Shown: piece after piece, positions 10,348 to 19,732 of the stretch
How the letters are laid out: each line of letters begins with the position of its first letter
Numbering within the stretch: the stretch's first letter is position 1
Origin: Candidatus Bathyarchaeota archaeon
GTDB lineage: Archaea > Thermoproteota > Bathyarchaeia > Bathyarchaeales > Bathycorpusculaceae
Length of the DNA stretch: 64,000 nt
Reading direction: 5' to 3'
Assembly: GCA_963707955.1 (NCBI GenBank)
Contig: OY970176.1
Coordinates: 320,001-384,000, forward strand
The notes under the pieces: model-generated
What the model was told of the DNA's origin: nothing
Database searches by the model: none
Seen by the model: the letters and a program-made list of their open reading frames with translations, nothing else
Translations under genes and position numbers: made by a program

Positions 10348-10530
10348 TTAGTAGCTCCTTTTCGCCTGTGCTCGAATTAACACGTTCATTCTATTTTGGA
10401 ACGCCGTCACCAAGTCGTCTAGCAATATTCGTTGCAATTCTGCTGGCAGTCCTTTGATGTTTCTCTTGAAAACCTTGGCCATTTTGTTCTGCAGTTCCTT
10501 TCTTTCTTTAAGAGTCAATGTTTTTTTCAA
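10348..10530 (-). CDS. Small helical hypothetical protein (60 aa)
   Basis: C-terminal part of ORF 10348..10665; TTG start after GGAGG; LQRILLDDLVTAFQNR. Confidence 0.6.
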   Translation of the reverse strand: MKKTLTLKERKELQNKMAKVFKRNIKGLPAELQRILLDDLVTAFQNRMNVLIRAQAKRSY

Positions 10531-10996
10531 GGGCTTTCCTCCATTGTTTACGCACACGATAAGCCTTTGGTACTTAACTGTCTTATGAATCGAAAATGTG
10601 AAATTACAATTCATATTCAGAGACGGTCTAACGAACTTGTCGCGTCCTATTTCGGAGGGTTTCAATGTAGTCTTTCAGCCCTCTACAAGGTGTTTGAAGG
10701 GAACGGTAGTCGGTCAGTCAAGCATTCTCGGCATACGTAGCCTATGTACTTTTTATAGAAAGAGAAGATTATGAACGCGCAATCTGCAGTTCATTACGCC
10801 AGAAATCGCTTCCTTGGTGTCAAACTTTTTATTTCCAGTTTCACTACTGTTCTTCTGCCGGATGATGAGAAGGCATTAGATTGACATTCAGGATGAAAGC
10901 TCAGAGTTACTCGGACGGCAATGCATGAGAGTCTTCCAGAATGACATGGCAAACTTCACATCGTGGAACTCACAATGTTCAACAGTTTTTATTGTG

Positions 10997-11572
10997 TCAC
11001 ATTGAAGGGCCACTGCTGTTAGTCTCATTGATGTGGATACGGTAATTCTCTGTAACATCCAGAATCTGTTTTTCTGCGATCGCGTAGACCAGGTTCACGT
11101 CCTTGCTCCATTCCAGAGCGTACATGGATGGGCAGTTGATCCTCTTCTCGGCGGGATCTACGTGCGTCCAAACGCTTTCGGAGAGAATTTCGTTCCAAAC
11201 ATGGTCTCCAGCCACCTTCTTCGATTTGTCTTGAAGTACAGAGCAGTCTATCACCATTCGAGTTTGATAGCTGTTCGCTAGCAACAATCCGTTGTAGAGC
11301 AACGCAAACTCTCCGCACCTGCCCTTGCATTGAACGATTATGTCAATCGGCATTTCTGCTCTTGGTTTAGGCAATTCTTCCTTGGTGTATTTTAGGTGTC
11401 GATGCTCCCAATTCAACAGTTGCTTCCAGTCTAAATCATCAATAGGGTCACGTAAGACAGCTTCTGTGTAGATGCGCAGTTCTTGTTTATACTCTGCTGT
11501 TGCCATCCTGTCGAAGCGTTGCCTGTAGACCTTGACTATTCCTGGATACTCAGGCTCGGGAATCCTTTGCAT
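10997..11572 (-). CDS. Transglutaminase-fold protein resembling the peptide:N-glycanase (Png1/NGLY1) catalytic core
   Basis: GRCGEF...DHVWNEI...WTHVDP...MYALEWSK: Cys-His-Asp triad in PNGase-like context. Confidence 0.75.
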   Translation of the reverse strand: MQRIPEPEYPGIVKVYRQRFDRMATAEYKQELRIYTEAVLRDPIDDLDWKQLLNWEHRHLKYTKEELPKPRAEMPIDIIVQCKGRCGEFALLYNGLLLANSYQTRMVIDCSVLQDKSKKVAGDHVWNEILSESVWTHVDPAEKRINCPSMYALEWSKDVNLVYAIAEKQILDVTENYRIHINETNSSGPSM

Positions 11573-12146
11573 GGGAGATCACGTAGGCAACGTTAAGAAA
11601 CAACGTTTTTCAACATTGTTTACCCCAAATTCAGATTTAGCGCGGCGACCTTGAAGCCCTCTTGAGAAGGCTTGACGCTTATTTGAAGTTGATTGGGACC
11701 ACGCACTCCTTGGTGGAGTGCGCAATCCTTCTTCTCCCTTCTCCTTTCGGTTGTGCAATATCAGCTTGAACGAGAACTATACCAAAAGCTGAACGATTTA
11801 TTGCTTATGAAAGAGCATTCTAGAAGAATCTTCTAGTGCATAGTATGCTTGCCATCAATGGGCTGAGAAGTTCTCTTACAGCGGTTTGGTTGATGGGTCA
11901 CTCTTCTTTTCCTTTTGGTGCCAGATTTCATCGTATACAATCCTATCGCGCACCCGATGGGTCACGGACCCAACGTTAAAGGAACAGACGTTACAAACCC
12001 ATCCAAATTGCGTTTATTAGCTTTAATAATTCTTGAAGCATCAATCGAGTTTTACAGACTCTTTTCGCTGGATGGAAAAGAATGCGACGTGCGGGCGCGC
12101 CAACTTGAGACTCAACGTCCAGATGGAATATTTGCAATTGCGGGGG

Positions 12147-12956
12147 CTATGAATGGCTGATAGAAGCGGCGTTCTTCGTGGCTTTGCGAGCAGTTGTGAT
12201 GTAGCCAGAATGGGCTGTCATCAGAGTCTGCGGTCGAGTCTTTCCCCTTTCTATCTGCATGCCCCTCATCAGACACTCGACCGTTTCAATGTCAGTGAAG
12301 CCATTTTCATTCAGTGCTTCAACAGTCTTGACAACCTGGTCTATCGTCGGGCTGAACGTCACTATTGTCCCGCTGGACCTCAAGGCCGTAAATGAGTGAG
12401 GGACAACTAGCCAAGGAATCGCTAGGTCCAGGATTACCGTATCAATGTCTTTTTCGTCTATTCCAGCGACAACGTCTTTGTTTTTCAGTTCCACGAAATC
12501 TTCCAGACCCGCTCTTTCTAGATTTTTCTTGGCTGTCTTTTGAAATTCTTCCCTTATCTCGTAGCTGTACACTCTTCCGTTGGGCCTCACATAATGTGCT
12601 AAGGCCGTTGTCATTGCACCGGTTCCTGTCCCGGCCTCAACGACCCTGCTTCCTGGGCCTATCCCACTGAACATAACTATCAAGGCTATGTCCTTTGGAT
12701 ACATTATTTGCGTTTGCCTCGCTGACTTCATGATGAAATCGCGCAGAAGAGGCTTCAAAGCTGCGAATTCAAACCCCAGGCTGCTCAGGATTGTGGAGCC
12801 GAAATCTTTTCCTACCAGGTCATCGAGTCTAACAAAACCCTTGTGCGTGTGAAAGCTCTTGCCTTGCTCAACTCTGACTAGGTAGGTTTTCCTCTGGCTG
12901 AGGCTGAGAAGTACGAGGTCACCTTCGGTTATTACCTGACTTGCCAATTCCTTCAC
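12147..12956 (-). CDS. trmI: tRNA (adenine-N1)-methyltransferase
   Basis: FHTHKG, TQIMYPKD, VEAGTGTG, YEIRE, ILDLAIPW, FSPTIDQV, HSGY. Confidence 0.93.
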   Translation of the reverse strand: MKELASQVITEGDLVLLSLSQRKTYLVRVEQGKSFHTHKGFVRLDDLVGKDFGSTILSSLGFEFAALKPLLRDFIMKSARQTQIMYPKDIALIVMFSGIGPGSRVVEAGTGTGAMTTALAHYVRPNGRVYSYEIREEFQKTAKKNLERAGLEDFVELKNKDVVAGIDEKDIDTVILDLAIPWLVVPHSFTALRSSGTIVTFSPTIDQVVKTVEALNENGFTDIETVECLMRGMQIERGKTRPQTLMTAHSGYITTARKATKNAASISHS

Positions 12957-14435
12957 TATGGTGTGTACTTAAACGGGTGCTTCGACCGATCTTTGTTCTC
13001 TACGAGTTCGTCTACGCTTGGCCTGCCTTCCATCGTCTTGCGGATAGCATGTCGCATCGCCTTGTAATTGTTTATGTAGACTCGTTGCCTGTCGACCGCT
13101 GTCGGGTGGACGAACACGTTCGCGACTATTATGAGCTCATCGGTGGCTTCTCTGGAAATCGTCCCGTCCGCAACACTGTCAACCACTGCTTTGGCCACAG
13201 CTGCTTGGGCTGGTCCGTAAACCATGCTTGCCTGGCGCATGCTGGTTATCGTGACCGTTGGAACGATCAGGGTTACCGGTTTAACTGACAGGTTGGGCTC
13301 CAAGATGGCCAGTAACGGCTCGTGGCCAGAAGACTGGCGTTGCCTTGGCCTTCGCGAACGCGTCGGCAACCGGTCCATCTTTCTCCCCGATTAGAAGGTC
13401 GATGTGCGCCACGTCTGAGCCCTGTCCAGCCAAGGCTTCACCTACACGCAGTTTGAATTTCTTGATTATTTCTGGTGTCAGGTCGATTGTTGTGAAACGT
13501 TCTTCGATGGGTTTCTCTGCTATTTCGAAGGCGATGGCCTTGGGCTTTATCTTTCCTATCTTTTCCAAGTCGAGACGCAGTTCTTCTCTTGCCTCATAGG
13601 TTAGTTCTCCGCCTACGCTAAGGGGTTTTCTAACTGGGCCGACCTTGATCTTCATCATGTTGAGAGCCTCTTTCGTACCTACGGCTCCGCTGCTGGCGAT
13701 AATTCTCGCTATTTTCTGAACCTTGTACTGCAGCTCGCGTGCCTGTTGAAGCTCGCCTTTTTTGACGTGATTATAGATTTGAATCCATATGTCTGGAATC
13801 ACGTTGGCGCTTGCCAGTATCGCGCCGGAACAGCCTGCAGCCAACCCTGCTACGACGACTTCGTCGTGCCCGCAAAGAACGTTAATCTTGTCCCTCACCT
13901 TCTCAAGAACAGCCAGTATGAACTTGAGTTGCCCGCTACTGTCCTTTACGCCGACGATGTTTGGTATTTGAGCCAAGTCTTCAACCATTTGCCAAGGCAA
14001 ATCCAGCCCCGTGCACTGGGGAATGTTGTACAGAATTATCGGTATGTCCACTTCGTTCGCGATCGTGTAATAGTGCTCGTAGATTCCTCGGTCGGCTGGC
14101 TTCAGGTAGAAAGGAGTGACGATCAAGGCGGCGGTAGCGCCAGCGTCCTTCGCGTACCTTGTCATCTCCACAGTCTGGTCGGTTCCACTGGCTCCTGTTC
14201 CCGCTATCACTGGAACTCGCCCGTTAACTTCATCGATCACAATTTTGATCACGCGCCTTTTCTCCTCAGTCGTCATGTTCACGAATTCGCCGGTCGTCCC
14301 GCATGGAACGACGCCATGAACTCCCAGTTCGAGGCAGTGGCTAACCAGAGTTCGAAGCCTCTCTTCGTCAACGGCTTTTCCATCATCTGTAAAGGGCGTG
14401 ACCAAAGCTGGAAAAATCCCTTCAGGCTTGAACAT
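12956..14435 (-). CDS. DapA/DHDPS-family class I aldolase fused to a C-terminal formaldehyde-activating enzyme (Fae) domain; frameshift at about 13335
   Basis: GTTGE, TPFY, LYNIP, GVKDSSG, then in the same frame VGEALAG..VAHIDLLIGEKDGPVADAFA (Fae N-terminus). It continues in the second frame as GHEPLLAILEPNLSVKPVTLIVP...GPAQAAVAKAV...VFVHP...NY. Confidence 0.88.
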
Positions 14436-14640
14436 TCGTCGTCCCTAGCTTTTAGTCAGATATCGCTCTTATATCGTTTAAGCTTCGAATTCGGGAACAA
14501 TCTCTTGAGATCGTTTAAGACTCAATGTTCACATAATCGAAAAAGCTCCAAGAGGAGGTCTGCTGACGATCCTTTCGTTTTGGCCGAAAATACTTAAATT
14601 CCATTAATCAACACTTACTAAAATCTGGAGGGCGACTGTC

Positions 14641-15924
14641 TTGGCTGGCCTAAGGGACAGGTTGAAAATTCACGAAGAAAACCTGAAGGAAATCAACGAT
14701 TTTCTGCTGAGAAAGGACAATCAGCTTGTGAATGACCTGCTGGAAATCGTCGACAAGTACGGCGGGGTTGACGAAATCAACCACAAAGCCGAAGAGGCGC
14801 GCAAGATCGACAAGCTCATGGACAGGCTTAGAAAGAGCGAATCTCCGTTTGTTAAAGACCTTGAATGGTTGACTAAGCAACGTGACAAAGAAGCTTTCAT
14901 CAGCGTTTCAGAATACAGGAAGAAGGTTCTGGGGAAGAAGGCGGATTCAATGAAGTTTGACGAGTCCCTCGCAGTCACTCTGGAGATTAGCGCGTTCAAC
15001 TTCTTCCCATGGCTGGTTGAGGAAGCGCAGAAGGCGATTGCAAAACAGGAGCTCATGCCAGCGCGGTACATCCGTGTACGTTCAATGAAGGAACAAATTA
15101 AGGACGATGACATACTGGCTTTCGCAGCAGCGATGCAGATCATCGGCGCATCATATGTTCAAACGCTTGACACGAAAGGTACGCTGCCTGGGCCAGATGG
15201 AAAACCGATCAACGTTCACTTGGCTGGCCCAGAGACAATTACTGGCTATTTCGGGGGAGTGGGTGTCCCGAATGAGTATTCGCTGAAATGGGTTGATGAG
15301 TTTCTCCATTACTACACCGAGTACGGTCTTCCACAAGTGTTGAACACGAATTCAGGCACCGTCCTTCTGGGGTACTGGCTGCACAAGCTGGGAATCAACA
15401 TCGAATTCAAGATTTCAGTCTTCCTAGGAATTGATAACCCCTACTCGATCCTTTGGACGCTGATGACCGCCAAACTCTTCAGCCGCGATGATGGCTCAAC
15501 TCCGCTTATCGGTTTCAACCTCTCAAACTCTGTTGATAACAAAACCATCGAACTAGCGGCTTACGTCCGAAATGCTTTCGACTTTGAAGACGTTGTTCGC
15601 CTTGAGCATCACATCACAGAAGCCTACAAGAGCATCGTAAGACAACCGTACGACCGAACTGCTGAGCTTGTGAGGCTTGCTGACCACGTGAAGAACATCA
15701 GCGCCAAACATGAGGGCGGAATTCCTGAGACAGAAAGAAAAAGGGATCACGCTTCAGACATACTCGACTACTTCATGCCAAAGAAGGACATAATCGACAA
15801 GGGTCTGATGCCAGAGTTTCTCATAAATTACCTTGACAAACACGATGCACTGAACAGAACAGCTGAGACCCTGACCAAGCACGGATTGGCGTTTATCGCG
15901 GCGCAGAACTTGCATAAGAAATAG
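14641..15924 (+). CDS. Hypothetical protein (427 aa), enzyme-like, function unknown
   Basis: Long ORF with normal composition, GGAGG upstream, His/Glu-rich motifs (LEHHITE, KHEGG); no family recognised. Confidence 0.8.
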   Translation: MAGLRDRLKIHEENLKEINDFLLRKDNQLVNDLLEIVDKYGGVDEINHKAEEARKIDKLMDRLRKSESPFVKDLEWLTKQRDKEAFISVSEYRKKVLGKKADSMKFDESLAVTLEISAFNFFPWLVEEAQKAIAKQELMPARYIRVRSMKEQIKDDDILAFAAAMQIIGASYVQTLDTKGTLPGPDGKPINVHLAGPETITGYFGGVGVPNEYSLKWVDEFLHYYTEYGLPQVLNTNSGTVLLGYWLHKLGINIEFKISVFLGIDNPYSILWTLMTAKLFSRDDGSTPLIGFNLSNSVDNKTIELAAYVRNAFDFEDVVRLEHHITEAYKSIVRQPYDRTAELVRLADHVKNISAKHEGGIPETERKRDHASDILDYFMPKKDIIDKGLMPEFLINYLDKHDALNRTAETLTKHGLAFIAAQNLHKK

Positions 15925-15999
15925 CTTGCAGGCTGGGCCGCCTACCCTTCGAGGGCGCTTTCAACGGTTTCCCTGAAGATTCAGTAGCAGCCTTTTGCT

Positions 16000-16779
16000 T
16001 TACCATGACTCTTTTGGTCTGCGAATCACCAGATAGATCGTTGTCACGAAGAAGATTATTGTTGTTACGGCAAGAACCGTTGTCACCCGGCGGGTGTTAT
16101 CAAGATCTCCGAGACTTCCTTTGACAGAAGTGTAGTTTTGGTAAAGCTGTACATAGGTCTGGTTAAGCTGCTCAAAAGTGCCGTTGAGGTTCTGATATAG
16201 GTTAGTTAGCTGTTGGAAACTGTCATTCAAGCTATTAATTTGGTCTTGTAGATTGGTGTTTTGTGTCTCAAGCCCTTCCAGATAAGTGTTCTCTACTTGC
16301 GTCATTGGAAAACCACTTACGAAGTCAGGAAATGTCAAAACCACGCCTCCAACACTCGCGCTGTAACTCAGGCTGATTTCTCCGTAAGTCGTACCCCAAA
16401 CCCAGTTAGGTACGTAGGTACTGTTCACGCACTGCTTTGGTGATGTGCTGTTTATAAAGAAGTTGGTGTCGGTGATGTTCAGCATCGAAAGTTTAATGGT
16501 TCCGTTCAAGAAACCATATACTTCCAAGTTGAAATGTTCGACGCTGACGTTAGTTTGCGTTTCTAGACTAACTACGACAGTGAGGTTCTCCATTGGCTGA
16601 GTCTGCGTCGTTGCGTTGACCTGCGTCGTTGCGTTGACTTGAATCATGATTCCGGGGATTTGTGAGTCAAAAAAAGTCGTCATCTCGTCTGCCGAGGCCT
16701 GCACCTTCACCGTGCTTAACAAGGCATACACCAAGGCGAGGATGCATATCATTAAAGCCAGTTTCCTTAAACCTCTCAT
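16000..16779 (-). CDS. Secreted, C-terminally membrane-anchored glycoprotein with coiled-coil stalk
   Basis: Signal peptide, many N-x-S/T sequons, heptad N/Q/L region, C-terminal TM followed by RRPK. Confidence 0.8.
   Translation of the reverse strand: MRGLRKLALMICILALVYALLSTVKVQASADEMTTFFDSQIPGIMIQVNATTQVNATTQTQPMENLTVVVSLETQTNVSVEHFNLEVYGFLNGTIKLSMLNITDTNFFINSTSPKQCVNSTYVPNWVWGTTYGEISLSYSASVGGVVLTFPDFVSGFPMTQVENTYLEGLETQNTNLQDQINSLNDSFQQLTNLYQNLNGTFEQLNQTYVQLYQNYTSVKGSLGDLDNTRRVTTVLAVTTIIFFVTTIYLVIRRPKESW
16603..16638. repeat. Perfect in-frame 18-bp tandem duplication (VNATTQ x2)
   Basis: ctgcgtcgttgcgttgac repeated at 16603-16620 and 16621-16638. Confidence 0.9.
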
Positions 16780-16897
16780 TGTCTCACACCTGAAGAACAG
16801 CTAGTGAGCGAGTTCTGCAAGAAGTTTATTTAACATTTTCTATCATCGTCGGGACGTTTCCGTAACGTGCAGAGAAATAGCACTTGCCGAGGAGGGA

Positions 16898-17137
16898 CTA
16901 TCTCATTGAGCGGATGAAGCGTTGGTAAATGTACACGAAGTATATGGAAGAAAAAGCAGTCAACAGTATTTCAAAAGCCAAAATAGCCTGGTTGCTTTCC
17001 ACAGCCATGAAGTATCCCTGGGTCAGTATGTCTGCAAAGACTAATATCTGCAGGAATATCGCTCCGCCTAAGCAACTTAGACCCAATGTGTGAAAAAGGG
17101 CTTGCTTTCGTCGGTCCTGCTTTGCCGTGTTGGACAT
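16898..17137 (-). CDS. Small two-TM membrane protein
   Basis: Two hydrophobic helices joined by GYFMAVESN loop. Confidence 0.7.
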   Translation of the reverse strand: MSNTAKQDRRKQALFHTLGLSCLGGAIFLQILVFADILTQGYFMAVESNQAILAFEILLTAFSSIYFVYIYQRFIRSMR

Positions 17138-17363
17138 CGTTATCGTAAATAGCAAGAGTTGATACTTTAATTAATACGTTGTGAATCCTTACACACTACA
17201 AACCCTAATAATCCACTCTCAATATCGACACTAAGAGTTTGGAACCATCTCATGAATGCCCCCCTCCCCCCTTAGAATGTAACTTTCAATCTGTTCATGT
17301 TAGAGCGGGCGCGCCCTCTGCGCCAATAGGAATAATAAGCTCCGTGCAAGAGAGTGAGTTTTA

Positions 17364-17882
17364 GTGCAGGAAATCAAGATGGATGTTCTTGAAGCCACAA
17401 GGATTCGAAGGAGCATTAGAAAATATAGGCCAGAACCAATTCCTGACGAAAAGCTGAGGACTATTCTCGAGGCCGCCCGTCTGGCACCCTCTGCAGCCAA
17501 TCGCCAACCTTGGCGCTTCGTAGTAGTTGAAGACAGGGAACGCAGGAAGGCTCTAGCAAAAGCGGCGAATGATCAGACGTTCCTAGGCGACGCCGGGGCG
17601 ATTGTCGTGGCAATCAGTGATCCTGAAAAGTCTGCGAGATGGCACGAAAAGGACACAATGATAGCGTTGGAACACGTGGTTTTGGCGGCCACAGCTCTGG
17701 GTTACGGCACCTGCTGGATAGGTGCATTTGACGAGGACGCGGTGAAGAGTCTGCTCAAGATTCCTGCAAAGATGAAAGTCGTTGCACTGTTGCCTATAGG
17801 AATTCCAGACGAAAAGCCTCCTCCTAGACGGAGAAGAGAGCTTTCAGAGATTTTCTTCAAAGAGGAGTGGCAGCCCTCTTGA
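17364..17882 (+). CDS. Nitroreductase family protein
   Basis: RRSIRKY, APSAANRQPWRF, LGYGTCWIGAF. Confidence 0.93.
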   Translation: MQEIKMDVLEATRIRRSIRKYRPEPIPDEKLRTILEAARLAPSAANRQPWRFVVVEDRERRKALAKAANDQTFLGDAGAIVVAISDPEKSARWHEKDTMIALEHVVLAATALGYGTCWIGAFDEDAVKSLLKIPAKMKVVALLPIGIPDEKPPPRRRRELSEIFFKEEWQPS

Positions 17883-17903
17883 CGCGCGAGTAAGTCCATG
17901 ACG

Positions 17904-19334
17904 TCAAGTAACGCTGCGCATGCCTTCTCTAATACTGCCCATGTGTTCAAGATTGTTTATCAGAGTTCTGACGCGGTAAGGACTCCTGATCAGTCTCGCG
18001 ATCTGTTTTGATATGAAACTCGGCCTTTTGACAAAGCGGTAGAAACCTTCATGTATCATTTGCCTTATTTCCTCGTAAGGGACTGCAGTCGGGCATATTT
18101 CTGAGACTGCGACGCCTGTCTCCCAATGATCTCCTTTCCTTAGAAACCCCCTAGTTTCGAGTTCATTCCACATGTCTGTTCCAGGAAAAACGCCCAATAT
18201 GTTGAACTGTGGCAGGTCTATCGGAATCCTGTTAGCAAACTCGATCGTGTTCTGAATTTCCTCTCTGGTCTCGTCAGGCGCGCCCACTATAAAAGACCCG
18301 ACTATCGCGTCTGCTCCCGCCTTTCTGGCCGTTCTCACCGCGGTCTTAGATTGTTCAGGCGTTATCCGCTTGTTGTAGTAATCCAGAATTCTTTGATTAG
18401 CGCTCTCGATGCCAAAGTACAAGATTTTACACCCCGCTCTCGCAATCTCCCAGAACATCTGGTAGGAAGCGTTACCCACTCTTCCCTCACAGATCCATTC
18501 GACATCCAGCTTTTCTTTTCTAATTCCTCTGCAAAGCTTGATCACATTCTTTGGGTTAGTGGTGAAATTGTCGTCAACAAAGATGAGCTGCCTATATCCT
18601 TCGGACGCAAGAAAACAAAGTTCTTCCAAAGTATTCTTCACGGATCTAGATCTCCATCTGTTGCGAGCAAACTGCGAACAAGAACAAAACCGGCATCGGT
18701 AAAAGCAGCCGCGGGAAGAAACGATGCTTGTGAACTTTCTTGGAGCAACATTTGCTCCAGCAATCACAGAGTGATAGTCCTCACTGATTAAGGCCCGGTC
18801 AGGAAAAGGAAGACAATCCAAGTCCTCTATTAAAGGCCTATCGGCCGTCGAAACGGCTGCACTTCCGTTCCTGAAACTGATTCCAAGAACTTCTTTAAGC
18901 CTGCGTCTGTTCTCGAACCAATCTACCAAATCGATGACTGTACGTTCTGCTTCTCCTCGTACAATGATGTCAACTGAAGGATATTTTCTCAGAATTCTTT
19001 CGGGATTAAACGTAGCGTAATAATTTCCGAACGTTATAATAACGTTCGGATTTTCCTTCTTAACCTCGCCGCTTATCACCGCGGCCGTGCGACCTGAGCT
19101 CGCAAAAGTTGAAAAACCAAGAATGTCAGGATCCTGAGCCTTTACCCAGCTAATCGTTTCCTTCAGCGTAAAACCTTCTGCTGCTTGATCAAGAACAGAA
19201 ACCTCAATGCCTCGCTCTTCCAAGACAGCAGCCAAATACAAGATGCCCAGAGGGGGCCACGCGCCGACAGACTTCTTCCCCTCACGTTCATCCAAATCTG
19301 CGTTCGGGCCAGCAGCAACGAAAGAAAACTTCAT
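17904..19334 (-). CDS. Cobalamin-binding radical SAM protein (class B type)
   Basis: WPPLGILYLAA B12 domain, SSRGCFYRCRFC, FVDDNF, FGIESAN, SFIVGAPDET. Confidence 0.92.
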   Translation of the reverse strand: MKFSFVAAGPNADLDEREGKKSVGAWPPLGILYLAAVLEERGIEVSVLDQAAEGFTLKETISWVKAQDPDILGFSTFASSGRTAAVISGEVKKENPNVIITFGNYYATFNPERILRKYPSVDIIVRGEAERTVIDLVDWFENRRRLKEVLGISFRNGSAAVSTADRPLIEDLDCLPFPDRALISEDYHSVIAGANVAPRKFTSIVSSRGCFYRCRFCSCSQFARNRWRSRSVKNTLEELCFLASEGYRQLIFVDDNFTTNPKNVIKLCRGIRKEKLDVEWICEGRVGNASYQMFWEIARAGCKILYFGIESANQRILDYYNKRITPEQSKTAVRTARKAGADAIVGSFIVGAPDETREEIQNTIEFANRIPIDLPQFNILGVFPGTDMWNELETRGFLRKGDHWETGVAVSEICPTAVPYEEIRQMIHEGFYRFVKRPSFISKQIARLIRSPYRVRTLINNLEHMGSIREGMRSVT

Positions 19335-19598
19335 ACCCCGACCTACCCTCCCCCTCAAACTTGCGTGAAAAATACTATTATTCCTTTCTATAACCACCAG
19401 ACGCGAAAGTTCCCCGTTAATGGTTCTTCGCCCAGCGCGCGCGAATTCTCTCTTGGTCTTCAGACTCCGATGTTGTTAATCACGGCGCCTGAGCTGCCAT
19501 CTATTAGCGCGCGCTATACATATGCCTATCCCGATCTTGTGGTCGCCGTTTCTCTGAGCATCAAAAAAATGATGTGCACGAACAACAAAAAACCTCGA

Positions 19599-19617
19599 AT
19601 ATATATATATATATATA
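19599..19617. repeat. (AT)9 dinucleotide microsatellite
   Basis: atatatatatatatatata in the intergenic region upstream of the radical SAM gene. Confidence 0.85.
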
Positions 19618-19732
19618 CAAACGAAGGGGCTTTGTCATATCTTCCAATATTCTCTGCTGTCTCTCGCGCCCTATACTTGACCACAGTGATATAGTCGCGC
19701 GAGCGCGTAAGCGTAGAAGCGCGTTGCCGCTC

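Noticed and set aside
10861-10915. Possible C/D box guide RNA (ATGATGA...TTGA...GGATGA)
   Set aside because: No terminal CTGA D box at the expected distance, and the target cannot be tested here.
11650-11760. Two hairpins (aagccctc/gaaggctt and gcactcc/ggagtgc) with a short minus-strand frame ending ...ECVVPINFK*
   Set aside because: No credible start codon for that frame; the hairpins are short and may be terminators or chance.
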